Part shown: positions 52,663 to 64,000 of the stretch, one piece after another
Position numbering within the stretch: position 1 is the stretch's first letter
Layout of the letters: each line of letters begins with the position of its first letter
From: Rhizophagus irregularis
Lineage: Eukaryota
Reading direction: 5' to 3'
Assembly: GCF_026210795.1 (NCBI RefSeq)
Contig: NC_089433.1
Location: 2,604,001 to 2,668,000, forward strand
Length of the DNA: 64,000 nt
Notes under the pieces: model-generated
Database searches by the model: none
Told to the model about the DNA's origin: nothing
Seen by the model: only the letters and a program-made list of their open reading frames with translations
Made by a program: the position numbers and the translations under genes

Positions 52663-55138
52663 ATGGACATCGTAAAGTCAGTGCAGAATTACATTAATAA
52701 GATGGTCAATGAAGTAACAGGCATGAAAGTGTTACTTCTTGATTCCGAGACGGTTGGTGTTCATTAAGCATTATTTGTTATCTCAGCCTATAAAACCTAT
52801 AATTAATAGACCCAATGTCTTAATAGACTCCGATTATTTCGAACGTAATGACCCAATCTAGCCTCTTATCACACGAGACATATCTGGTCGATCGAATCGA
52901 TAATAAAAATCGCGATAGGATGCGGCACCTTAAATGCATTTGTTTTATAAGACCTACTAGTGAGACCATACAGATGTTGGTCGAAGAACTTAGAGATCCC
53001 AGATATGGAGATTATTATTTATGTAAGTTTAATATCGATTTAAAATATTCATCTATTTGACAGATTATGAATTTATTATTTTTATTCTCAGATTTTAGTA
53101 ACACATTGAGCAAATCATCAATCGAAAGATTGGCTGAAGTAGATGAACACGAAGTTGTTCGTGAAGTTCAGGTATGAACATATTAGTTCGTTATTCACTA
53201 TTCAATTGCTAACATTAGCTTTTTTTTTTGCTTATTCGTTTAGGAATATTTCGCAGATTATTGTGCGATTAATCCTGATTTCTACTCTTTGAATCTTTCT
53301 TTGCCACAATATAGGCTTTATGGTGATTCACAAAACACGTGGGAGAGTAAAACATTTCAGCGCGTTATTGAAGGTGTACTTGCTGTTTTACTTTCCTTAA
53401 AGAAGAAACCTTTGATACGTTACGAGAAGATGAGTGTTATGGCAAAAGCACTTGCAGAAGAAGTTCACGTATGTCATATATCTAAACTTTAAACTTACGC
53501 GAATTTATATAACTTTCTAAACCTTCAACACCTTTTTTATTTATAGTATAGTATTCAAAAAGAAGGAGAGTTATTTGTCTTCCGTCCGACGGATACTCCG
53601 CCAATATTACTTATATTAGATCGTCGAAACGATCCAGTCACACCTTTGTTGTCACAATGGACTTATCAAGCAATGGTTCATGAATTACTTGGTATTCATA
53701 ACGGTCGTGTGGATTTATCTGATGTCCCTGATATACGCCCAGAGTTGAAGGTTTGTATGTATGTTAGAAAATTTTCTTTTGCTTTTTTGTTTGTTTATTT
53801 TCAAAGACTAAATAGAACTTTTTTTCTCCGAAAGGAAATTGTTCTTTCCAGAGATCAGGATCCATTTTACAAAAAAAATATGTATTTGAATCTTGGTGAT
53901 CTTGGTGCTAACATTAAGTCATATGTTGAGGAGTATCAAGCAAAAACTAAATCAAGCATAAACATTGAATCAATCGCTGACATGAAAAGATTTGTAGAAG
54001 AGTACCCTGAATTCAGAAAATTATCCGGTAATGTGAGCAAACACGTAGCTTTGGTTAGCGAATTAAGTCGTCTCGTGGAAAAGGAAACTCTATTAGAAGT
54101 CAGCGAATTGGAACAGAGTCTTGCTTGCTATGGGCAGCACAGTAGCGATTTAAAGGTACACGATATATATATTTTTCTTTTTCTTTTTTATTCTTCGAAT
54201 TTAATAATTGATGGATAAATTTATTTACAGAATTTACAAAAGCTTATAGCAAATCCTAAAATATCAGAAGATAGTAAGATTCGACTAGTTTCATTATATT
54301 CTTTGCGGTATGAAAAATCACCAAATAATGACGTTATTTCGTTAATTGAATTGTTACGTCGTAATGGTGTCAGCGAGGACAAAATTTCCGTATGTATTAA
54401 TTTTGAATTAATTACTTATTATTTTATTATTTAAACATTTAAATCTTTGATTTTTTAACTAGTTTATCGGGTCAATAATGGAATTCGCTGGATCTGATCA
54501 AAGACAAGATGATCTATTCTCCAATGAGAGTTTATTATCCTTTGGGAAAAATGTTTTTAAAGGATTGAAGGTTGATATGATTAAAAATTGATTGCCATAT
54601 TTGTTATATTACTCACGTGACATAAAATATTATAGGGGGTTGAGAACGTATATACACAACATTCTCCACATCTTTCGCAGACAATTGAACTTTTAGTTAA
54701 AGGCAAACTGAAAGAAACTAGTTATCCATTTATTGAAGGATCGACTAAAGACAGGTATTGTATTGATTTTGATGAAAATCACATTCATTTGAATAAATCT
54801 ATATATATTTTTAAAATATAGGCCACAAGACATTATTATATTTATGGTGGGTGGTGTTACATATGAAGAAGCTCGTCATATTGCTCAAATAAATGCATCA
54901 GCTGCCGGCTTTCGTGTTGTATTAGGTGGAACTACAGTGCATAATAGTGTTAGGTATGTTTAAAGAACTATCATCCTTTATAAATTACTTGTTTGATTTT
55001 TTACTAAATTTCTATTTATAATACTTGATACTTATAAGCTACTTGAATGAGATCCAAGATGCATTTTATAGGTTTCCTTCGGGTGGTGGTACGGGTGCTA
55101 GGCTTGCCCGATTTAGTAAACCTCGTAATGGATATTAA
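52663..55138 (+). CDS. VPS45: Sec1/Munc18-family protein Vps45, multi-exon
   Basis: [95 protein letters not shown]. Confidence 0.96.
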
Positions 55139-55355
55139 ATATGACTTTAGACATTAATTTTTGTATATTATATATAATGTAAATCTAACAAGATATGAAG
55201 TAGAATGATTTTAATATTTATTTGATAAGCTTATAATGTTATTATTGTTAAATTAATATATTATAACCAATCTTTTTATTTATATTAAATAGATCAAGAG
55301 ATTATTTCTGTATAATTTCTGGAATAATCAAAATATTTTATAATACAAAACTTTG

Positions 55356-55920
55356 CTAAATATATTTTGCTTCAATGAATTGATCTGATGAAATTTTAAC
55401 ATTGGGAACAAAACTTTGATCAAGTTTAAACGTAAGATTTTTTAAAGATTTTAAATCTCGTTCAATTACCTTGATATTGTCTCTCGTTTCCTTTAACAAT
55501 TAAAAAAAACAATCGAATCAAATATAAATTATTAAATATATATGCATAAAAATTTTACAAATATTCTAAAGTACAGACCTCGATTGATTTTTGTATTTTG
55601 GATAAGCTATCAGAAGTTTGTGTTAGAGTACGAGACACATTAGTTAATTGGTCATTTGAATTACCAAATAATTCTTGTCGTAATTTTTGACTTGATTCAT
55701 CTAATAAAGATAAAATTCGGTTTATCAATGTTGAATTGTGATAGACTGATAGGGTAAAGAAATTTATATACTTAATTCTTTTTGTAGAGGAGTTCTTGAA
55801 TATGCATATATATTAAATATATAATATACATATATATATATAAAAAATAAGAATGAATAAAAATTATCAAAGAATTAATTTCTACTAAAAAATATCTTAC
55901 ATGTTAAGATTAGAATCCAT
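55356..55920 (-). CDS. Small 4-exon helical protein (~100 aa), BLOC-1 subunit 3-like
   Basis: Spliced product MDSNLNITPLQKELNESSQKLRQELFGNSNDQLTNVSRTLTQTSDSLSKIQKSIEETRDNIKVIERDLKSLKNLTFKLDQSFVPNVKISSDQFIEAKYI*; all GT-AG; family call from remembered pattern. Confidence 0.7.
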
Positions 55921-56951
55921 CTTAATTTACTATAGTTGTTCTTATTAGAAAACAGTATTCCCAAAATTATTTTATCAGAGAATAACAGAATTATAAATGA
56001 TCTGCATCGCTAATTTTACCATACTCCACCTATATATTAGGTAGTACTAGCCCGGAATCACTATATTGTGAAAACTTGCAAAGAATTAATTAAAAACACA
56101 CTGTTTCTTAAAAAAGTAATTTTATATAATAAAAATCTGTTTTGAAAAAATGAGTACTTATAAAGATAAAGTTGTGAATATATAAAGAGTGACTATATGG
56201 AGAAACTGTATATTTTTGCATTTTCTGTTAATTTACTAGAGGTTTTAAATATCAATTTTTATTAAAGTCAATTTTTACAAAAATAAATATGAAAAGCAAA
56301 AAATAGCATATAAACCTCTAAGTAAATTTGTAAAAAAAAGTATGTATTTTATAGAAATTATGATTTTAAAGCTAAATAATAATATCATAAAAGCATTATA
56401 TAGTTACTAAAATCATTCTACTGAGAGATTAGGTAATTCAGATTTACTATTGGCAATATAATAGAAAGGTAACCTCCCCAGTAACACCATCAAAAATTCA
56501 CTATCACGTGATTTTTGGCCCGCATTACGGAAATGCGGATGCTTATGATGAATATTTTCCACTGTCACTGATAGTGAAAAATTTGATGGGAAAATCTTTG
56601 ATAGGTTCATTGACGGTAATTCCTTTCACAATTGAGTCTACTTGCCTAGCTGAGTTCAGTATATACTTCGTTAATTGAGCATCGAAAAAATTTTATCAGT
56701 TATATCAGTTTTTTTCATTACACTTTTTTAATTTTATTAACTTTATTTCTTTGTAAAGAAGTACTGAATAGAATTTATTTATTGTTTTTATGTATTTGTA
56801 TAATTTCTAACAATACGAAATAAAGCATAGTGTGAAATAATTTTTTTTCATGTTATTGTATCATTGAACGCAACTTTTCCTCTTCGTCTTCTCTTTCTTT
56901 AAGCCTTTTTACCATTTTTTATACATTGAAGCTTATCAAAGCTAGTAAGTA

Positions 56952-57277
56952 CCGTATATCACGGGGCCCATGCAGTGATTAGCTTTGGACACAATTTTTA
57001 ACTTTAAAGGTTTTGGATATAAGAAAATTGTCCAAAACCTGTCCAAAACTATCCAAAATTGTCCAAAATTGTCCAATTGCTCAACACTGCCCCCATGTAT
57101 AGTAGTACCCCTCAAAAAAGAAATAATCCAACAAACATCGTAGGTGTGACGTATAACAATACCTAATTATTTTATAAGTTTTAAACACCTTCAATTAGTA
57201 GTAAAAATTCGCGTAATAGGGGGGGAGTACAGGGCCAAACCTCCGAAATTTGCAAGATACCCGCCCGCAATATACGG
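56952..57277. mobile_element. pogo-like MITE with internal TGTCCAAAA repeats
   Basis: TA|ccgtatatcacggg...cccgcaatatacgg|TA; arm mismatches fit CpG decay. Confidence 0.65.
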
Positions 57278-57777
57278 TAATCATTTTAGACATAGATTCA
57301 AGCAATCTGTACACGAAGTTTATGTGTAAACCAAAGTAGACTTAAAACTCACAACTAGCAGAATTTGGGTAAATTGAATAAAGATGGTGAGCAATAATAG
57401 GTAAAGAATCAGGGTTCGGTGACATATGGTACTAAAAATCATCTTTTTAGCAGGCGATCCAATGAGAAACTACGTAACCGTCGTAACGGTTTACCATTTC
57501 TCTAGTGTTAAATTTATCCAACCGGGGGTCCAGGTAGTGTCCAGGTTCTTTATCCTAAACCCCTATATAAATAAGCCGGTCAGTTTTTTCAGAGTAATCG
57601 TCACGTAATTAATACAGTTGCGGCCTAGTGAACCCCCGGTCTATTTTAAGGACTCCTGAAAAAAAATTTTTTGATTTGATCGGCAAATTAGTTCAACGTG
57701 TCAGTATTTTTGGGAAGTCGTGTGGCTCACGTGAGTGATTCAATCTCACATAAGTGTCAACTCTTAAGAAAAGCAGT

Positions 57778-57845
57778 ACGCGTTTTATTTACAAAAATGT
57801 CAGGTACAGGAAAACATTCCCTTTGTTCCTTTTTTCTTGACGCGT
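57778..57845 (+). promoter_or_regulatory. Two MCB (ACGCGT) boxes at the RFA2 start
   Basis: ACGCGT 57778-57783 and 57840-57845 (intron 1). Confidence 0.55.
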
Positions 57846-59085
57846 TTTTCTTTCATTAAATGTTACTACACGCTTAAAGGATATAGCAACAACTATACTA
57901 CGTACTCTTCAACCGAACAGTCTTACGGTGGAGCGTACAGTGCAGGCGAATATAGTAACGTTACTAGCGGCGGTGGTTTCATAAAATCTGAGGAAGGTTC
58001 AAGCTTTTCCAAGGGTTCACAGGTATATAAAATAAGTAGTTTCCACTTTGTCAAAATAGTGCTTCACATTATTGTTTGCACTAAACTAGGGAAATGAACG
58101 TCGTAACAACCATAATCTTAGGCCAGTAACTATCAAACAATTACACGAGGCAACTCCGGTTAACGATAATTCCACCTTAATAGATGGGCTTGAGCTTCGT
58201 GTTGTATGTATTGAGCGACTGTGATTACGATAGATCAAAATTTAATGAATCTTTGCTATTAGGTCAAAATTGTCGGAGTTGTTAAAGAAAAGACACCTCG
58301 ACATCAAGGCATTGATTATGTGGTGGATGATGGTACTGGATTCATCGATGTAAAAGTATGGCATGATGATAGTGAAGAAACTAATGTCAATAAAAAAATT
58401 GATATCGCGTAAGATTAAAAATATTTTTTTTTAAAAAAAAAGATATCAATTTACTAAATTTGAATTTATTTATTGTAGTATCAATACCTATGGCAAATTT
58501 TTTGGAAATTATAGATCGTTTAGCAATAAAAAACACGTTGCAGCACATGTTGTACACCCTATAGTTGATCATAATGAAATAAGTTATCATATGGCTGATG
58601 TTATTAGGGCACATTTGTACTTGACCAAAGTATTGAACAATCAATCGAATAATCAAATGGTAACAAAATATTTACATAAAAGTATTATGATCATCCAATA
58701 ATATTTATTTCATAATATATCCTTACTAAAACCTATTTTATTTATAGACATCAACCAGCTCCACGTACGAATACCAATCAAGAAGTTCTTCTGGCCATGG
58801 TAATCAACAATTACATAAAGATATATTTGATCTCATAAGCAAGCAAAATAATACTCAAATTGGAGCGAATGTCGATGAAATTGCACAACAACTCGCATTC
58901 CAATATGGTTCTGATCAGAACGTTAGGTGAATAAACAATTTCTTATAATGTTAATATTATAAATTATTAATAACTCATAGGGGTTGACAATGATATAAAA
59001 TAGGTTTGCTATAGAAGATATGATTGGAGACGGACAACTTTATGTCACGAGCGACGATAATCATGTGAAAACAACGGGATATTAA
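57797..59085 (+). CDS. RFA2: Replication protein A 32-kDa subunit, multi-exon
   Basis: GGGF, LRPVTIKQL, VKIVGVV, YVVDDGTG.IDVK.W, DHNEISYH, C-terminal winged helix ending GQLYVTSDDNHVK. Confidence 0.93.
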
Positions 59086-59409
59086 GATTGTAACGAGCTA
59101 AAATTTGTCGGTATAATACAGTGTTCATAACTTTGGAATTTTTTCAGTATCCATTGAGTAGATTCTACTCTTTATTGAAAACATGATATTCTTTCTAGCT
59201 AATAAATTTAATGAAAAATAATAATAACGCGTAAATAGACAATATACTATCTAACGTCCCAAATAAGATCAATAAATGAATCTTGTGAAAATTTAGTGAA
59301 TTGCAATATTTTTTCTGTGTATTAAACTTTCTAAGAGCTTTAAATTATACATTAAATGTTTTTATCACAACAATCGATCTTTCATTATATAAAAAAAAAC
59401 TGCTAATTA

Positions 59410-61464
59410 TTAAAGATCATCGTTAAATTCTTCAGAATCCAAAGTAGAAACGTTAAACGAAGGGAATTTATTCCAAACTGATTGAGGTATCATAGCGAGC
59501 GTAGCTTGAGAGAGCAAAGATGGTGGTGATGGTGCTGGCGAAACCCCGTCTTTCGAAAATCTGGTAGAAGAATGAATATAATCAGTTGGTGGTAGTCGGT
59601 CTTGACGCGTACTAACTTGCTCTTGATCAGATATACCATTAAGCTCCTTTGAAATAGAATCGTTAAATGATTCAAAAGTGCTTATAGAGTCTTGATTGTA
59701 GTTCTCTTTATCTAATAAATCGTAAATTTGATGAAACCCACACTTATTCTCAGATTGAGAACAACAATGAAAATCAATTAGATTCTCGTCATCAATTATA
59801 CAATTGGTATCTTTATTCAAGTTAATTTCTTGAAGAATATTTCCTTTTAATAATTCTGCATTCGCATAAATTTTTTGTTTTGTTTGATTCTCATTTTCAA
59901 ATTGAGCCATAGATGGTGTTTTTTTATTCGTATTAACTTCTTGCATCGCATGATCCTCTCTTTCAATGAGCTCTTCTTTGTGAAAGTTAATTATTTCGTC
60001 TTCCCATGAATAACAATAAGAGTTATTGTCCTGTATTCTATTCTTTAGATACACTTTAATATGAAGGTTCTCACCAAAAATTTCACAATTATCTGCATCA
60101 TCTCCAATATTATCAACAGAATCGTTAAGTTTATCCTTTTCTTGGTCACCTTCTATAATCATATTGTCTTTAATGGAAATTTCGTTTGTTACATTTTTGT
60201 TTCCTTCTTCAATAATACTCATTTCATTATGGTGTGGATTATTCAAATATTCATTTTCATTGGCCGCATTATTACGATGAGATCCGTCAACGTGACAGGA
60301 TAAGATATTTAAGGAAGAATTCTTAACCTGAGGCTCTTTAATAGACGAGTTATTATATCGAAATTCCTCAACTTGCTCGTTACTATGTAAAGATTCCTCA
60401 TTCAGGTTCAAAGAATCATTAGGCTGTGGACTGCTGTCCCGCATAGTGTCCAATAAATTCTCTGCATCTGTAAATATCGTTCGGGATTTAGTAGGCGTAT
60501 TTCCAACTTCCAAATCAAAATGTGATGTATTAGACGCGACTTTTGGAGAAATGGTAATGAAAGAATCATTTGGTTCGATAGAGAAGTTCGAAAGATGATA
60601 AGACAAAGTATCATGTGGCAAATCTTGTAAATTAAAACGGGAAGTAACTAAAGAGGAATCGCAATCTATATTATTATCGAAATTTATAGAATTACTATTT
60701 CTGTTGATAATTTTTTTTTGTTTAGATGCTTCCGAAATTTCGCGATTCGCTTCTTTGATTTCCTTGGCACCCTCAAATATTTCATCATCCTCACTATTTG
60801 AATCAACTTCTCGAATTAACGTGCTATTATCATTATCTATAATACATTATTAATTTTTATTTTAATGCACACCAAACTTCAAAAATAAATTATTATACAT
60901 ACTTTGCGACATTTCAGATTTATTCGAAAGGCTGAGTTCACTAATCTGTTCAATGAGACTATAGAACTCTGTCAATTGACGTTGATTTCTCAATAATTCA
61001 TCGTTGCTTTTTCTCGAGGAACGAATAGATTTTGTTGGAGTTTTTTCGCGGTTATCTTTAGATTCAACCTCTTTTGCTTTTTCAGGATTTATATAATTAA
61101 AAAACATCGGTATTTTTTTATTATATTTTTGAATTTCTTCCAACTGTCTTGCCTTACTTTTCTTTGGTTTGTATTTTTGCAAAGCAATTTTTCTTTTGGA
61201 AGATAAATCCGAATTACCCATGCGACTTGTTCCGACCGAACTAGTTATCTGCATTTTCTTGGTATCAACTTCCAAAGGATGGAAGAAACGAGATATTATT
61301 GTCTGATTCAAGGAATTTTGATGTCCACATGACGAAGATAGTCGTCTTACTCTAGTTTCGTTAACCTGTCTGCTTAGACGCTTTTGTGTTTTGCGTGTTT
61401 TCAGTCCTGTCGAAACGTTATTGTCTCCACATTCGATTTCTTTTTTCTTTGAAACTCGTGCCAT
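59410..61464 (-). CDS. Hypothetical low-complexity protein (~662 aa; basic N-terminus, acidic C-terminus)
   Basis: Exons 61464-60903 and 60836-59410 join in frame. Confidence 0.8.
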
Positions 61465-61589
61465 TATTCACATAAGAACGCGACAGAAAATTTAAACAAA
61501 TTTATATAATTACCGAAATAGGAAATCAAATCTGCAATAATATCAGATCTGCAATCTACTTTGCAATCTAGAAAAATTTTATCTCTATC

Positions 61590-64000
61590 ATGTATTCTCA
61601 AGCTCGATGTTTAAATTATCTGATAATAAATCAACGATTTGGTTTAACTCTTAATCGTCCTTTTCGGACAAGTTTTAATGTATCACGGCTACAAGTGTTT
61701 CAAAATTATGCTTCAACTAGTATTGTAGAGAGTTTTTCAGAATTATCAGATAATGTTTCAAAAAAAGGCAAAAAACCTAAAAAATCTAATAAGAGTCCAA
61801 AACAAAAAGCGAGAACTTCCGAAACAGAAAATAAAGAGAAAAAACTTCGAAAGAAAAAAGTATCTTTATTATCAACAGAAAAAGTAAATGAAATGTCTAA
61901 CAATTTACTCCAAGATTTATGTCAAAGTAAAAATTTATCCGAGAAGTTCTCATTAAAACCTCTAACCGCTATTGAAAACATTGACGATATTATCGAATCG
62001 TATAAACCTGTAAAAGAATTTCTAACAAGCATTGAATTTCGGGAATTGGTAAATAAAATAGATAAAGCTTTTATCGTATCACAACTCAAAGCATTCCTTA
62101 AAAAGCGAGATTTAGATTATAAACTAAAGAAAGTTAAGTTAATTGAAAAATTAATTTCCGAAGTTTGGAAAGTTGAAATAAAAGTTGAGGAACAATGTTA
62201 GTGATTCTCAAAAGTGGAATATTTTTTCTTTGTCGTAATTAACTTATTATATCCTTATATCTTTTATAACATATTTAGATATACAAGCTAAGCCAATTGA
62301 TTTATTTTTCATGCTTGGACCAGGTTGATCTTATGTATTTACTTTAGAATAATCTTTATTTTGATATCTTTCTAAATTGTTGGAATCGATTTTTACACTG
62401 CCGTCATTTAATATTTTGATTTCAAGATGGGAAAACTTTACGGGAATTAGAAAGTCAATCCAATGTTAAAATTAAAATTGACTTAAAAAATTTATCATAC
62501 ACAATTGCTGGTTCTCCGCAAGATATTGAAAAAGCCAAAGATATGATCAAAAGAGTTACGGTATTTATTGTAAGGCAATTATTTTTATTGTTATATTTAC
62601 CATAGCTAATTTTGATTTTTATTGTCTTTATAAGTCTTATCAGTCCGTTACTATGGAATTACCTTCTCACATTAAAAATAATAATAAGAGTTTGCAAGAG
62701 ATTCCGTTTGTGCAAGATATCTGCATGTCATTGAGAATATTTATCGAGGTTGATACAAACAAACAGGTACTTTGTTTCAAATTATAACATCTTTTATTTC
62801 TTGAAGTTCTTATAAATTCTGTTATTTCCGCATCAAATTGCTATACAGTTGATTATTTCAGGACCATTGCAACAAAATATCAAGGAAGCATCAAGATTAC
62901 TTAATTTTGCTTGGCACCAGGTAAAACTCATCACTTTAATTAATATTGTATGGGTAAATTATCTAATAAATATTTTATAATATTTTTCAAGCCTGATCAA
63001 AATGAAACAGATTTGCTCTTGTGTAACGACACAGCGAATTTTAATGAATACAGTTTTTTCCCTATTCACGATTCCGAGACCATGTCTTTATATAACCGAT
63101 ACCTTAATTGGCATCGAGTTGGTAGAGTTGGTCCAAAAGTGGTGCGTGCTTGAAATACGGATCTATCCTATTTAAATCATAACATGTCATTATAGTAATC
63201 TTAGTGGTAGTTCTAATTTTTGATAGGCCAATGAGTCAACTTTAAGTGATCGCTTACATATTTTATACGAAAGCAAAAGGTAACTATGTCTATCAATTTA
63301 ATTATTTCCATTATGTTGCGTTTATATATTATATTTCTGAATCTAGTTTCTCGGAGGGGACTTCTTCACGGTTTCTTAATATACAAAACAATTTAACAAA
63401 CTTGAACAAACTCGGCATTTTTCTGTTCGATTTTTTAAAAGAGAGCCAACCAGCTAAATCGAAATTTGAAATTTGTTCCGTGTAAGATTTACAACACGTG
63501 TTTTTATATAATATGCTTTTTATAAATTTTAACGAATTTTCATTAGATTTGGATATAATATTTTTCATGACGAGAAAAATGTCGAAAAAAATTTATTTGT
63601 TCCCCCATTATCTGACAATTTCTCTTATAAAATGCTTGAAGAGTGGATCAAAGAAAATAGTCATTTAAGAACCTTCCTTCCTAGGTGATTACTATGTCAT
63701 GTCTCAATTCATAACACAATTGTTATTAATTAATTGTTTAATATTCAGCTACCCGAATTCAAATTTCTTGAATTCTTTGAAGATGCCTATAATTAAATTT
63801 CAAGAATTTGTTCAATTTGATTATATTCCGTTAAAATCAAATTCTTATTCATCTTACGAAAGATTAAGTATATTGCTAGAGGTTAATGATTTTGCATTTA
63901 AATTTAAAGAAGCGACTTTGTGTAAAGAACGGTTATTAGCCGATCTACTATTGATGGATTGGTAAGACTGTTGAAGATAATGACATTTCGCTGCTAATTA
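61590..64000 (+). CDS. Mitochondrial SLS1-like protein with KH-like domains (partial; continues past window)
   Basis: Targeting-peptide-like N-terminus; F..L...IDKAF..SQL..F....KK..LI..LI..VW; DLFFMLGPDGKTLRELE; many GT-AG introns. Confidence 0.6.

Noticed and set aside
56904..56914. gcctttttacc resembling U5 snRNA loop 1
   Set aside because: One extra T and no enclosing stem.
57554..57565. CCTAAACCCCTA as a plus-strand telomerase template
   Set aside because: The same 12-mer occurs in the TAAGGTTGC MITEs (~16358, ~17873), and here it lies in a MITE-like segment.

Overview
Very AT-rich eukaryotic (fungal) genomic DNA. Short GT-AG introns, the transposon repertoire and the gene set suggest an arbuscular mycorrhizal fungus (Glomeromycotina, Rhizophagus-like); this is inference, not a database match. 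The window has two sharp compartments. (1) About 1-34.5 kb has no recognisable host gene and is a stack of nested mobile elements: a Mutator/FAR1 transposase pseudogene, a 5'-truncated RNase H-bearing LINE with poly(A) and TSD, a degenerate LINE ORF1, about 11 hAT-type insertions (10 with 8-bp TSDs; one carries an apparently intact 720-aa transposase), Tc1/pogo-like MITEs, hairpin minisatellites, and two CATCAG-terminated elements, one inserted in reverse orientation into the terminus of the other. The CATCAG elements carry an apparently non-coding array of 31-36-nt micro-exons separated by homologous introns whose 5' splice site and branch point each sit in a hairpin. Two hAT foldback elements are built from a repeated 33-bp 13-7-13 palindrome resembling a recombinase site. 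(2) About 34.9-64 kb is gene-dense: an orphan ORF, a ZC3H3/Red5-like CCCH protein, a 1460-aa coiled-coil protein, an F-box/JmjC/APH-kinase-like protein, ERJ5, a QNG1-like protein, NSA1, IMG2/MRPL49, VPS45, a small BLOC1S3-like gene missed by the ORF track, a structured intergenic region (speculative ncRNA candidate), RFA2/RPA2, an orphan and an SLS1-like gene running off the end. Exon boundaries were derived by eye.
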